NCBI GenBank assembly: GCA_945786985.1
Contig: CALZGC010000103.1
Location: forward strand, 1-57,867
Reading direction: 5' to 3'
Length of the DNA stretch: 57,867 nucleotides
From: an uncultured Nitrospirota bacterium
GTDB lineage: Bacteria; CG2-30-53-67
In this document: in pieces, positions 18,028 to 27,252 of the stretch
Numbering within the stretch: position 1 is the first letter of the stretch
How the letters are laid out: every line of letters starts with the position of its first letter
The notes under the pieces: generated by a model
The model's database searches: none
What the model saw: only the letters and a program-made list of their open reading frames with translations
Told to the model about the DNA's origin: nothing
Program-made: the position numbers and the translations under genes

Positions 18028-18519
18028 ATGAAAATCAAGGTCAACGAGACCGTGCGCGAGTGTGAGGAGACGGCGACCCTCCACGGCGTGTGCGAATGGT
18101 ACAAGCCCGAAGCCGACGTACTTATCCTCAACGGTTTTCCCGTGTCTGAGGACCACTCCCTGTGCAGCCGGGATGAGGCGGTGCTGCTCAAGAGCCGGAA
18201 CGTGCCTGCGATTTTTCAGGATGCCCGGATTATTGCGGAAGCCTTCGATGGCCCCGAGGCCAAGGCCATGCTCATCAACACCGTCCTGGAGAGGGTGCCC
18301 GAGGCCTTTGTCGTCGGTGTGTCGGGTCTGGCCGGCTATGGGCCTTGCGATGGTCTGGACATCCGGCGTTTCTCGGAACGTTGCTTCGTGGTCGGCGACG
18401 GCGTGAGCGCCGCGGGGCCGGGAGTGGGGCTCATGTCTCCCCGGGTGGGTGTGGCGGCGCATCATCAGGCCAATGTGGTGTTGCGGCTCCTCCTGGATGA
18501 GGAAGGGGTTCGGGGATGA
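18028..18519 (+). pseudogene. thiF: thiF (ThiS-like N-domain + ThiF) with in-frame internal deletion of the ATP-binding region
   Basis: ThiS-like N-domain (MKIKVNE...KPEADVLILNGFP) joins directly to the ThiF C-terminal half (EAFD..EAK, SGLAGYG, VGDG, LMSPRVGVAAHHQANVVLR); GxGGLG and DFD..EPSNLNRQ motifs absent; only 163 aa. Confidence 0.75.
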
Positions 18520-19901
18520 TTCCGACGAAAGAGATCTTTGCCATCGACGAGAAAGAGATCCACGCGCTCATCCGGGGCGGCCGGGCCGGGCGTCACGACG
18601 TGTCCCGGATCCTGGCGCGAGCGCGAGAGGGCAGGCGGCTCGGCCTGGCGGAAATTGCCGCTCTCTTAAGCGTCGAAGCGCCCCGAGATCTTGAAGCGAT
18701 CTTTCAGGGTGCCCGGGAGGTCAAAGAGCAGGTCTTCGGAAAGCGGATCATTCTGTTCGCTCCGCTCTACCTTTCAAACCGTTGCGCGAACAATTGTCTT
18801 TACTGCGGATTCCGCCGGGAAAATCGGGAGGCGGCCCGCAAAACCCTTTCCGTCCCGGACGTTGTCCGGGAGGCCGCCTTTCTCTTCGAACAGGGGTACC
18901 GCCGGCTCCTCCTGGTTGCGGGAGAGACGCAGGGGGATGCATCCCTCGCGTATCTGTGCGACGCGGTGGAGGCCATTTACCGCGAGACCCCCATGCGGAT
19001 GGTGCATGTCAACGCGGCGCCCCTTTCGGTGGAGGGCTTTCGGAGGCTCAAGGGTGGCGGCGCGGGTGTTTATCAGTGTTTTCAAGAGACCTACCATGTG
19101 GCCACCTATCGCCGCATGCACCCCTCGGGCCCCAAGCGGGATTATGCGTGGCGGCTGTCGGTGATGGACCGGGCCATGGAGGGAGGCTTCGGCGATGTGG
19201 GGATGGGGGTCCTCTTCGGACTTTATGACTACCGGTTTGAGGCCCTTTCGGTTGTCGCCCACGCCCTGTATCTGGAGCAGGCCTTCGGGGTCGGGCCCCA
19301 TACGGTTTCGGTTCCGAGACTCCAGCCTGCGCCGGGGGCAGCCCTGAGCCGTGCACCCCATCCCGTGTCGGACGCGGTCTTCAAAAAGATTGTCGCCGTC
19401 TTCCGCTTGGCCCTTCCCTATGCGGGGGTGGTGGTCTCCACACGGGAGGGGGCGACCCTTCGGGATGCAGTGATCCGCATCGGTGCGTCCCAGATCAGTG
19501 CAGGCTCCCGGACGGACATCGGCGGATACGCCGACGGAGCGGAGCGGGCGGGAACACCGCAGTTCTCGCTACGCGATTCGCGCTCCCTCGACGAGATGGT
19601 CCGGTCCGTACTCGAGGCGGAATTACTGCCGAGTCTTTGTACAGCCTGCTATCGCACCGGTCGGACCGGAGAGCATTTCCGTCGGGCCGCCGAATCGGGG
19701 GCGCTCCAGGAGCGTTGTCTGGCCAACGCCCTGCTCTCCCTGATGGAATACCTGCAGCGCCATGGGAGCGCCGGGAGCCGTGCGGCCGGTTTGCAGCGGA
19801 TCGAGGCGGTGCTGGAGGAAGTGCCAGATGAAGCGCTGAGGCGGCGATTGGCGGACCGGCTCGATCGGGTCCGGCGTGGGGAAGCAGATTTGCATCAGTG
19901 A
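18516..19901 (+). CDS. Radical SAM tyrosine lyase of HydG type in the ThiH position
   Basis: FAPLYLSNRCANNCLYCGF, FQETYH, GPHTVSVPRL, ISAGSRT, C-terminal CTAC-x22-C. Confidence 0.85.
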   Translation: MIPTKEIFAIDEKEIHALIRGGRAGRHDVSRILARAREGRRLGLAEIAALLSVEAPRDLEAIFQGAREVKEQVFGKRIILFAPLYLSNRCANNCLYCGFRRENREAARKTLSVPDVVREAAFLFEQGYRRLLLVAGETQGDASLAYLCDAVEAIYRETPMRMVHVNAAPLSVEGFRRLKGGGAGVYQCFQETYHVATYRRMHPSGPKRDYAWRLSVMDRAMEGGFGDVGMGVLFGLYDYRFEALSVVAHALYLEQAFGVGPHTVSVPRLQPAPGAALSRAPHPVSDAVFKKIVAVFRLALPYAGVVVSTREGATLRDAVIRIGASQISAGSRTDIGGYADGAERAGTPQFSLRDSRSLDEMVRSVLEAELLPSLCTACYRTGRTGEHFRRAAESGALQERCLANALLSLMEYLQRHGSAGSRAAGLQRIEAVLEEVPDEALRRRLADRLDRVRRGEADLHQ

Positions 19902-19905
19902 GGGG

Positions 19906-20142
19906 ATGATGAAAATCTATGTGACTCGTGAGGCGGGGGGTAGGGACGGAGGACGGAGGACAGAGGACGGAGGACAGAGGACAGAGGACGGAGGACAGAG
20001 GACAGAGGACGGAGGACAGAGGACAGAGGACAGAGGACGGAGGACGGAGGACGGAGGACGGAGGACAGAGGACAGAGGACAGAGGACAGAGGACAGACGG
20101 CTGAAGGCTGAAGGCCAATCACGCCTATAGGCGGTGCCATAA
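19906..20142 (+). pseudogene. thiS: Probable thiS remnant interrupted by tandem repeat
   Basis: RBS + MMKIYVTREA (two base changes from MKIYVNGEA); distal ATC ACG CCT ATA GGC GGT (ITPIGG) before thiG; expected thiS position. Confidence 0.5.
19944..20112 (+). repeat. Heptamer tandem repeat (GGACRGA)x22 followed by (GGCTGAA)x2
   Basis: 22 units at 19944-20097 (9 GGACGGA, 13 GGACAGA), then GGCTGAA twice at 20099-20112. Confidence 0.97.
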
Positions 20143-20177
20143 ATAAATCGGGATACAGAAACAGAAAGGGAAGAATC

Positions 20178-20954
20178 ATGGAAGACACGTTGGTCATTGC
20201 GGGCAATGCGTTTCGTTCACGCCTCTGGATCGGGACGGGTAAGTACAAGGATTTTGAAGAGACGCGCCTTGCCGTTGAGGCGTCGGGTGCGGACGTGGTG
20301 ACGGTGGCGGTGCGGCGGGTGAACATCACCGATCCGAGCAAGGAGAATCTGCTCGAGACTATCGACCCGAACCGGTACAAGATCCTTCCGAACACCGCCG
20401 GGTGTTTTACGGCGGAGGATGCGATCCGCACGGCCCGGCTCGCGCGGGCCGCGGGGGTCTCGGACATGGTAAAACTGGAAGTCATCGGCGACCCCAAGAC
20501 CCTCTTCCCCGATAACGAAGCGCTTTTGGAGGCCACGCGGGTGCTCGTGAAGGAGGGCTTCATTGTTTTCCCCTACACCAACGACGATCCGATCATGGCG
20601 AAGAAGCTGGAGGACGCCGGCGCCGCCGCGGTCATGCCCCTGGGGGCCCCCATCGGATCGGGGCTCGGGATCTGCAACCCGTACAACATGCGGATCATCC
20701 TGGAGACCGTTTCGGTCCCGGTCATTGTCGACGCCGGGGTCGGCACCGCGTCGGACGCCACCATCGCCATGGAATTGGGAGCCGATGCGGTTCTCATGAA
20801 TACGGGTATCGCCGAGGCCCGGGAGCCCATTGTCATGGCCGAAGCCATGAAGCATGCCGTGGCGGCGGGGCGGCTCGCCTTCAAGGCCGGGCGCATCGCC
20901 AAGAAGCTCTACGCGTCGGCCAGCAGTCCGCTGGAAGGACGGATCCAATCGTGA
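20178..20954 (+). CDS. thiG: Thiazole synthase
   Basis: [48 protein letters not shown]. Confidence 0.97.
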   Translation: MEDTLVIAGNAFRSRLWIGTGKYKDFEETRLAVEASGADVVTVAVRRVNITDPSKENLLETIDPNRYKILPNTAGCFTAEDAIRTARLARAAGVSDMVKLEVIGDPKTLFPDNEALLEATRVLVKEGFIVFPYTNDDPIMAKKLEDAGAAAVMPLGAPIGSGLGICNPYNMRIILETVSVPVIVDAGVGTASDATIAMELGADAVLMNTGIAEAREPIVMAEAMKHAVAAGRLAFKAGRIAKKLYASASSPLEGRIQS

Positions 20955-21598
20955 CGCACCCGGAGGCCTTCAGCGTTTATCTGATTACTGATCGGAAGCA
21001 GGGGCGGGCCGACGCGCTCGTTCCGGACGTGGCGGCGGCGCTTGCGGCGGGTATCCGGGCCGTGCAGCTCCGGGAGAAGGATCTGAGCGATCGGGAGCTC
21101 TTTGCCCTGGGTGTGGCGCTGCGGGACTGCACCCGGCAGGCCGGGGCCAGATTGCTGATCAACGACCGGGCAGACCTGGCCCTTGCGGTGGAGGCCGACG
21201 GGGTGCATCTGACCCGGACCAGCTATTCCGTGAGCGCCGCGCGCCGGCTCGTGGGAGAGTCCGGCATCATCGGCGTTTCAACCCATTCTGCGGACGAGGT
21301 GAGAGAGGCCGAAGCGGCGGGCGCCGACTTCGTGACGCTGGGGCCGATCTATGAAACGCCCTCGAAACGCCGCTATGGTCGCCCCCTGGGGATGGGCCCG
21401 CTGCGCGAAGCCGTGCAGTCGGTGCGAATACCCGTGCTCGCCATCGGGGGGATCAAACTGCCGGAGGCGGCGGCCGTGCTGCGTGCCGGCGCGGCCGGGG
21501 TGGCGGTGATCTCAGGGATTCTTGCGGCCCCGGACGTCAAAGCGGCAGCGGCGGGATTTGTGTCACGCTGCACAGCAGCACCATCGGAGAACCTGTGA
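20951..21598 (+). CDS. thiE: Thiamine phosphate synthase
   Basis: [44 protein letters not shown]. Confidence 0.95.
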   Translation: MTHPEAFSVYLITDRKQGRADALVPDVAAALAAGIRAVQLREKDLSDRELFALGVALRDCTRQAGARLLINDRADLALAVEADGVHLTRTSYSVSAARRLVGESGIIGVSTHSADEVREAEAAGADFVTLGPIYETPSKRRYGRPLGMGPLREAVQSVRIPVLAIGGIKLPEAAAVLRAGAAGVAVISGILAAPDVKAAAAGFVSRCTAAPSENL

Positions 21599-21676
21599 CC
21601 CCATGGGGTCACCAGTCGGCCGATCCACTCAGGGCGGCAGAGGGGGACCGCAGGGTTATCAAGGAAAGGAAAAGCG

Positions 21677-22972
21677 ATGAACCAGATTTCTGCAGCACGT
21701 CAGGGGGAGATCACGGAGGCGGTCCGGCAGGTGGCCAAGCGCGAAGGGGTGGCGGCGGAGACACTGGTCGAGAGCGTCCGCCGGGGCCGTGCAGTGGTGC
21801 TCAAGAACCGGGTGCGCCTGCACGGGGAGCCTCTCGGCGTGGGGGAGGGGCTGCGCACCAAGATCAATGCCAACATCGGAACTTCCCGGGACCACGTGGA
21901 CATGGAGGAAGAGCTGGAGAAGGCTCGGGTCGCTGTGGAAGCGGGCGCAGATACCCTCATGGACCTGAGTACCGGCGGAGACCTGCCGGGGATCCGGGCC
22001 CGGATCCTCTCGGAAACCCGGGTGCCCCTCGGTACCGTGCCCATCTACGAGGCGGCCCTGTTCGCGGCGGAGCAGAAGGAGGGGATCGTGCGAATGGACC
22101 CGGAGGATCTCTTTGCCGTGATTGAACGCCAGGCCGAAGAGGGGGTGGATTTTGTGACGGTGCACTGCGGGGTGACCCAGGGGGCGGTGGAGCGGCTCGC
22201 AAAGCAGGGGCGGCTTCTGAACGTGGTCAGCAGGGGCGGCTCTTTCCTGGTGGAGTGGATGCTGCACAACGAAAAAGAGAACCCCCTGTATGCGTCCTAC
22301 GACCGCCTCCTCGACATCGCCCGGCGTTATGACCTCTGCCTCAGTCTGGGCGACGGAATGCGGCCGGGCTGTCTGGCCGATGCGACCGACCGGAGTCAGA
22401 TCCATGAGCTCATTGTGCTCGGTGAGCTGACGCAGCGGGCCCTGGAGGCGGACGTGCAGGTGATGATCGAAGGGCCGGGTCATGTGCCGATCCAGGAGGT
22501 GGAGACGAACGTTCGAATTCAGAAAGCGCTCTGCAGCGGGGCCCCCTTCTATGTCCTGGGGCCTCTGGTCACGGATATCGCACCGGGGTATGATCATATC
22601 ACCGCGGCCATCGGCGGCGCCGTCGCGGCGGCGGCGGGTGCCGATTTCCTCTGTTATGTAACGCCTTCCGAACACTTGCGGCTTCCCACTGTGGAGGATG
22701 TGCGGGACGGGGTGATGGCGTCGAGGATTGCCGCCCATGCCGGGGACATTGCCAAAGGCCTGCCCGGTGCCGTGCACCGGGACAGGGAAATGGCCCGGGC
22801 CCGCCGGTCCCTCAATTGGGAGGAGCAGATCCGGCTCTCCATCGACCCCGAACGGGCACGGCGTCTACGGGAGTCGTTGCCTCCCCAGGATGGGGAGGTC
22901 TGTTCCATGTGCGGCGAGTTCTGCGCCATCAAGGGGGTCAATGCTTATCTCGGGAAGAGCCCTTCTTCCTAA
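21677..22972 (+). CDS. thiC: Phosphomethylpyrimidine synthase
   Basis: TKINANIGTS, MDLSTGG, SRGGS, GDGMRPG, EGPGHVP, GYDHIT, CSMCGEFC. Confidence 0.97.
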   Translation: MNQISAARQGEITEAVRQVAKREGVAAETLVESVRRGRAVVLKNRVRLHGEPLGVGEGLRTKINANIGTSRDHVDMEEELEKARVAVEAGADTLMDLSTGGDLPGIRARILSETRVPLGTVPIYEAALFAAEQKEGIVRMDPEDLFAVIERQAEEGVDFVTVHCGVTQGAVERLAKQGRLLNVVSRGGSFLVEWMLHNEKENPLYASYDRLLDIARRYDLCLSLGDGMRPGCLADATDRSQIHELIVLGELTQRALEADVQVMIEGPGHVPIQEVETNVRIQKALCSGAPFYVLGPLVTDIAPGYDHITAAIGGAVAAAAGADFLCYVTPSEHLRLPTVEDVRDGVMASRIAAHAGDIAKGLPGAVHRDREMARARRSLNWEEQIRLSIDPERARRLRESLPPQDGEVCSMCGEFCAIKGVNAYLGKSPSS

Positions 22973-23064
22973 GACGTTCCACCGGGGGGGCTGCCCCGTC
23001 CCTGCGCCCCCACGAGCCGCAATTTCTGTTGCTCCGGTCGCCGCCTCGGTTTATGATGGAGACT

Positions 23065-24285
23065 ATGAAAGGGGTGACCACCGAAGCCGAGCTGATCCAC
23101 GCATTTCTCCAGATTGTCAAACAGGAAGGCGCCTACAAACTCATTCTGGAAGATGAGCGGAATAAGAAAGAGATCTACATCTCTGACCGGAACATCCTCT
23201 GCGCCTCCTCCAATCGCCTCCAGGACAAGCTTTCGGAGATTCTCTTCAGGGCAGGCAGGCTGACTCAGGATCAGTATATGCTCTCCACGGAGCTGAGCCT
23301 GGTGACCGGGAAAGCCATGGGTGAGATTCTCATGGGGGAAGGGTTGCTCTCCGAGCAGGCGGTGGCCGAGGCGCTGCGCTACCAGGTCCGGCTGGTCATG
23401 GCAAGCCTCTTCGACTACCCTGAATGGCAAATGCGGATTACCGCGGGTTCCCCGGACCAGGCGTTTCAGATTCTTCCGGATTACCCTCTCATGGATGCGC
23501 TCATGGCCGGGATCCGCAGCGTGGACAATCTGACCGTGCTCTATGAAGCGTTGCCCCCGAAGGACGCCGTTCTGGAAGTTGCCACCGAGGCTCAGGCCTC
23601 GATGCCCCGCGGCCGCTTCACGGCGGACGAGACCTTGTTGCTGAACCTGGTGGACGGTCAGCGGAGCCTTGCGCAGATCGAGTAGGCGTCCAAGATGTGG
23701 GAATACCGTTTTTTCAAGACGCTCTATCCCCTGGTGGCGCTGCGGCTGGTCCAGGTGCCGGACGCGTTGGCGGCGGAGAATGCCGTTTCGTCCTCCTTGG
23801 AAGCACTCTCTGCTGCGCCCCATATCGGTGAACGGTCGGGTCGGGTGGAGCCCAGCCGGCAGCGCGAGCCCGCCATCGACACGGACACGCTCCTGAAGGA
23901 GGCGAAATTCCTGATTTCAACCGAGAAATTCAGTGCCGCAGCCAACCGGCTCAAGCAGTTGATCCGGCTCGACAGCAAGAAGTCGGCTTACTACTACTAT
24001 CTCGGACTGGCGCTCGATCACATTCCCGGACAGAACAAGGAGGCCGAGAAGGTCCTGAAGATCGCCATCCGTCTCGAGAACTACAATCCCCGCTATTACC
24101 TCGCCCTGGGGTACCTGTACCTGAACCGCAATATGAAGCGCCAGGCCCGCCAGCAGTTCATGACGGCGCTCAAATGGGATCCGGAGGATCCCTATGTTGC
24201 GGAGGCCCTGCAGCGTCTCGATCAGGCAGACCGCAAAGGTGCGAGCTTCCTGACGGCACGGCTCTTTGCCAAGAGCGAATCCTAA
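23065..24285 (+). pseudogene. DUF4388 + TPR protein interrupted by one in-frame TAG (23683-23685)
   Basis: ORFs ending at 23685 and starting at 23695 share a frame (LVDGQRSLAQIE*ASKMWEY); DUF4388-like N-part, C-terminal TPRs. Confidence 0.65.
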
Positions 24286-24449
24286 AGTATTGTTCCGCGG
24301 CAACACCCCTTCGCAACGTACACGCATGCAACAGCCCGGCTCGCCCGGGATCCAGTCGAATACGCGACCCACTCCTTCATGTTGATTCGGTCCAACGGCC
24401 CGACAGGAACGCTCTCTAAAGGCCTGGTTCCGTGCCGCTGGGAGCGCGC

Positions 24450-25139
24450 TCAGGATTCGCTTTCCGCAGATTCTGCAGACGGCGTTGGGGTCTCCTGGGC
24501 ATAGGCTTTGCGGCAGAGCTGCCCGAATAGAGAAGCAAAGACGAGACTGGCATAGAAACCGAAAAGCGCGCCGAGAGGCGCCCCGAGGACGGGGATATGG
24601 CGGATGACGTAGAGCGCGACGATGGCGAGGGCGGACAAGAGGGTGATCTTGAAATAGTCGTCCCCAATGTTCATGATTTTGTCCCAGATTTCGCGCACGG
24701 CAAACGCCGAAGAGATTTGCTCGTGCCGTGTGTACTGGGCGATGCCCATGGGGAGAAAGAAAAGGGAGCCGACAAAAAGGAGCGCAGAGACGGCCAGAAA
24801 GACGAGACCCACAAGTTTGGCCAACAGTCCGCCCATGAGAATGGATTCGGAAAGGCTGAAACTGAACGCGGGGACGAGATAGTATCCGATGGTGATCAGA
24901 AGAAAGATCAGCCCTGTCACAAAGAGCTCTTTCCAGTCGTGCCACTCGGGGAGCTTCCCCTCTCCCTCCCCTTTGAACCGGGCGGCAAAGACCCGGTAGA
25001 CGTATCCCGCCGCGAAACAGGCCAGTGGAAAGAGATACCATTTCAGGATGGTCAGGCTGAAGACGGTCCCGATGGCTACCTTGACCATCCAGCCGGCGTC
25101 GTGTCTTGGGCGGTGCAGTTCCTGCGTCAGATCGAGCAT
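24450..25139 (-). CDS. DUF4013-like membrane protein
   Basis: GY.YR...LPEWHDWKELFVTG; multiple TM helices; RBS GGGAGGG. Confidence 0.75.
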   Translation of the reverse strand: MLDLTQELHRPRHDAGWMVKVAIGTVFSLTILKWYLFPLACFAAGYVYRVFAARFKGEGEGKLPEWHDWKELFVTGLIFLLITIGYYLVPAFSFSLSESILMGGLLAKLVGLVFLAVSALLFVGSLFFLPMGIAQYTRHEQISSAFAVREIWDKIMNIGDDYFKITLLSALAIVALYVIRHIPVLGAPLGALFGFYASLVFASLFGQLCRKAYAQETPTPSAESAESES

Positions 25140-25292
25140 GGTCCCCTCCCTGGCTGGGTGGCAGCTCCCGGAACGGGAGTTGTCGGCTTCGATCCTCCCT
25201 ATATCACTAAAGGGCGGTGCTTTTCAAGGGCGGATTGCAATCGGTGGAGCGGGGGCCCGGGCAGAGGCCCGCAACCGACCCCGGCGGGCAGG

Positions 25293-26612
25293 TTACGCTC
25301 GAAGGGTGTTCAGAACGAGACCCGTCAGGAGTTTGGGATAAAAATAGGTCGATTTCTGGGGCATCTTCTCCCCCTGGAGTGAAACGTCCCGAAGCTGGTC
25401 CACCCGGGTACCGTTCATGAGGAAGGCCAGCTGGGCATCCCGGTCGTTCACCGCATGGAACGCGTCTTCCGTCTCTTTCAGGTAGCGTACATGGGACTGG
25501 GCTGCCAGCTCCTTCTCTCCGATTCCCAGGAAATGCTCCAGCAGGACCGAATGGAGAAGGGTGACGTCAAGGCCCCGGAGTACGGGGGAGAGTGCCGTTT
25601 TCAGGAGCGGTTCGATGTGGACCCCCGGCTTCAGCGTCAGAAGGTAGAGGTCGTCGCTGTCGCAGCTGTAGAGGCCGAAAGCATGTGCGGTCTGCCCCAG
25701 GGTTTTGAGTTCCTGAAGAAACGCGCCTTTCTGGACAAAGGAAAAGACCCGGATTTCGAAATAGTCCGCAATCTGTCCCAGCAACCGGTTCAGATCAAAA
25801 GCGTGCAGGTGATCGACCAGACGGTGCGTGGGGAAGATGCTCAGCCCCGGATCGTCCATGTTGGAGAAATACATCAGGACATGGTCGAAGGGCTGCCGGC
25901 CGTCGCGCAGCCCCGTCTCCTCGCGCCGCAGGTTCCGATACGTGAGGGCCGTTTCGTAGCGGTGGTGTCCATCGGCAATGAAAAGGGGGCGCTCGGCCAT
26001 CACTTTCTGAATTCGGGCGATGGTGGAAACGTCGTCGATGTGCCAGACTCGGTGGCGGACACCGTCCGGATCGGACACATGGATGCACGGTTCCGTTCGG
26101 GCCGTGGCATCGAGGATGGCGACGATTTCCCGTTCGGGGTTCGAGTAGAGCGAAAAGATGGGCGAGAAATTGGCGTGGCAGCTCTGCATCAGGCGGAGGC
26201 GGTCGGCCTTCGGGCCTGACAGGGTGTTCTCGTGGGGCAGCACCACTCCCGAGTCGAGTTCTTCCAGATGGACCCGTGAGAGAAACCCCTTCAGCGTTTT
26301 CTCGTCCCTCTCGGGGGTCACGTAATCGAGAAAATAAACGTAGAGCATCGGTTGGGCGTCCTGCACCAGCACGTCCGCTTCGAGCCACTGCGCGAGATGG
26401 GCGGCCGCACGGGTGTACCGGTTGTCTCCGTCAGTGTCCCCGGGGATCTGGCGATTCAACTCGAGCCGCACCACATTGTGTGGGTGCTGGTCGTAGAGCT
26501 GTTTCTGGAGGCCCGGCGGGATGATGTCGTAGGGAGGGGCCATGACGAGGTCCAGGTTCTCCACTTTGTCAGGATTGTACCGGATTCCCCGGAAAGGTTC
26601 GATGCGCGCCAT
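25293..26612 (-). CDS. DUF1015 family protein
   Basis: PFRGIRY, PPYDII, PHENT, IADGHHRYETA, PTHR, MPQKSTYFYPK. Confidence 0.92.
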   Translation of the reverse strand: MARIEPFRGIRYNPDKVENLDLVMAPPYDIIPPGLQKQLYDQHPHNVVRLELNRQIPGDTDGDNRYTRAAAHLAQWLEADVLVQDAQPMLYVYFLDYVTPERDEKTLKGFLSRVHLEELDSGVVLPHENTLSGPKADRLRLMQSCHANFSPIFSLYSNPEREIVAILDATARTEPCIHVSDPDGVRHRVWHIDDVSTIARIQKVMAERPLFIADGHHRYETALTYRNLRREETGLRDGRQPFDHVLMYFSNMDDPGLSIFPTHRLVDHLHAFDLNRLLGQIADYFEIRVFSFVQKGAFLQELKTLGQTAHAFGLYSCDSDDLYLLTLKPGVHIEPLLKTALSPVLRGLDVTLLHSVLLEHFLGIGEKELAAQSHVRYLKETEDAFHAVNDRDAQLAFLMNGTRVDQLRDVSLQGEKMPQKSTYFYPKLLTGLVLNTLRA

Positions 26613-26912
26613 GTGTAGCTCCTGATTAAATAAGAATTTTTAATAGTACATGAAACCCGGACAAATTCAAACTTTTTTTGCCCCATGAACGAACTTTTTC
26701 AGCTATCAGAGCAGTTCCTATCTCGTAATGTTGAGCAGCGCTGGCGCGTTCCGTGGCGCTGGCGGGCGTCTCAGAGGGCGGCAGCGGTATCTCTCCAAAG
26801 AGCTTGACAGGAATCGCCTCTGTGATAGAGTTTGATCCGGGTCCGGCGCGACGTTGGACGTTCTGCGTCCGTTCCCCTTCCTGTTTTTTTTCATTCAGAC
26901 GAGGAGTTCACC

Positions 26913-27224
26913 ATGGCCCATCTGCCCGCACCGTACAAACGCTTCGTAAAGGATTATCCCGAAATCGACAAAGCCTACTCGGCCTTTGCCCGGGCCTGCC
27001 ACGAGCAAGGCCCCCTTGATGAGAAGACCCGCCGATTGGTCAAGCTGGGGGTTGCCCTGGGACTCAGATCCGAAGGGGCCGTCAAGTCCCATGCCCGGCG
27101 TGCCCTGCAGGTCGGCGCCTCCCGGGAAGAGATTGAGCACGCCGTGATGCTCGGGATGACCACCGCCGGATTTCCCGGAACCATTGCAGCCCTAGAGTGG
27201 GTACGGGAAGTGCTCAAGGCATAG
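26913..27224 (+). CDS. Carboxymuconolactone decarboxylase (AhpD-like) family protein
   Basis: GPLDEKTRRLVKLG...GAVKSHARRAL..GA..EEI; RBS GAGGAG; upstream TTGACA-N16-TAGAGT. Confidence 0.88.
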   Translation: MAHLPAPYKRFVKDYPEIDKAYSAFARACHEQGPLDEKTRRLVKLGVALGLRSEGAVKSHARRALQVGASREEIEHAVMLGMTTAGFPGTIAALEWVREVLKA

Positions 27225-27252
27225 TCCTGAGCCGACGCCTTCGGAACCCTCC

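Noticed and set aside
18516-19901. [FeFe]-hydrogenase maturation cluster
   Set aside because: No hydA, hydE or hydF in the window; context is entirely thiamine biosynthesis
19944-20097. CRISPR array
   Set aside because: Contiguous 7-bp units with no spacers, and no cas genes
19495-20130. ORFs 19495-20118 (-) and 19876-20130 (+) as real proteins
   Set aside because: Their SSVLCPL / RTEDGGQ periodicity is just translation of the DNA repeat
19906-20178. Phase-variable restoration of thiS or a thiS-thiG fusion by repeat slippage
   Set aside because: A TGA at 20109-20111 blocks the ITPIGG/thiG frame regardless of unit number, and the repeat cannot encode the ThiS fold
23683-23685. Genome-wide TAG reassignment
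   Set aside because: TAG is the apparent normal stop for genes ending at 9155, 27224, 36654 and 48704
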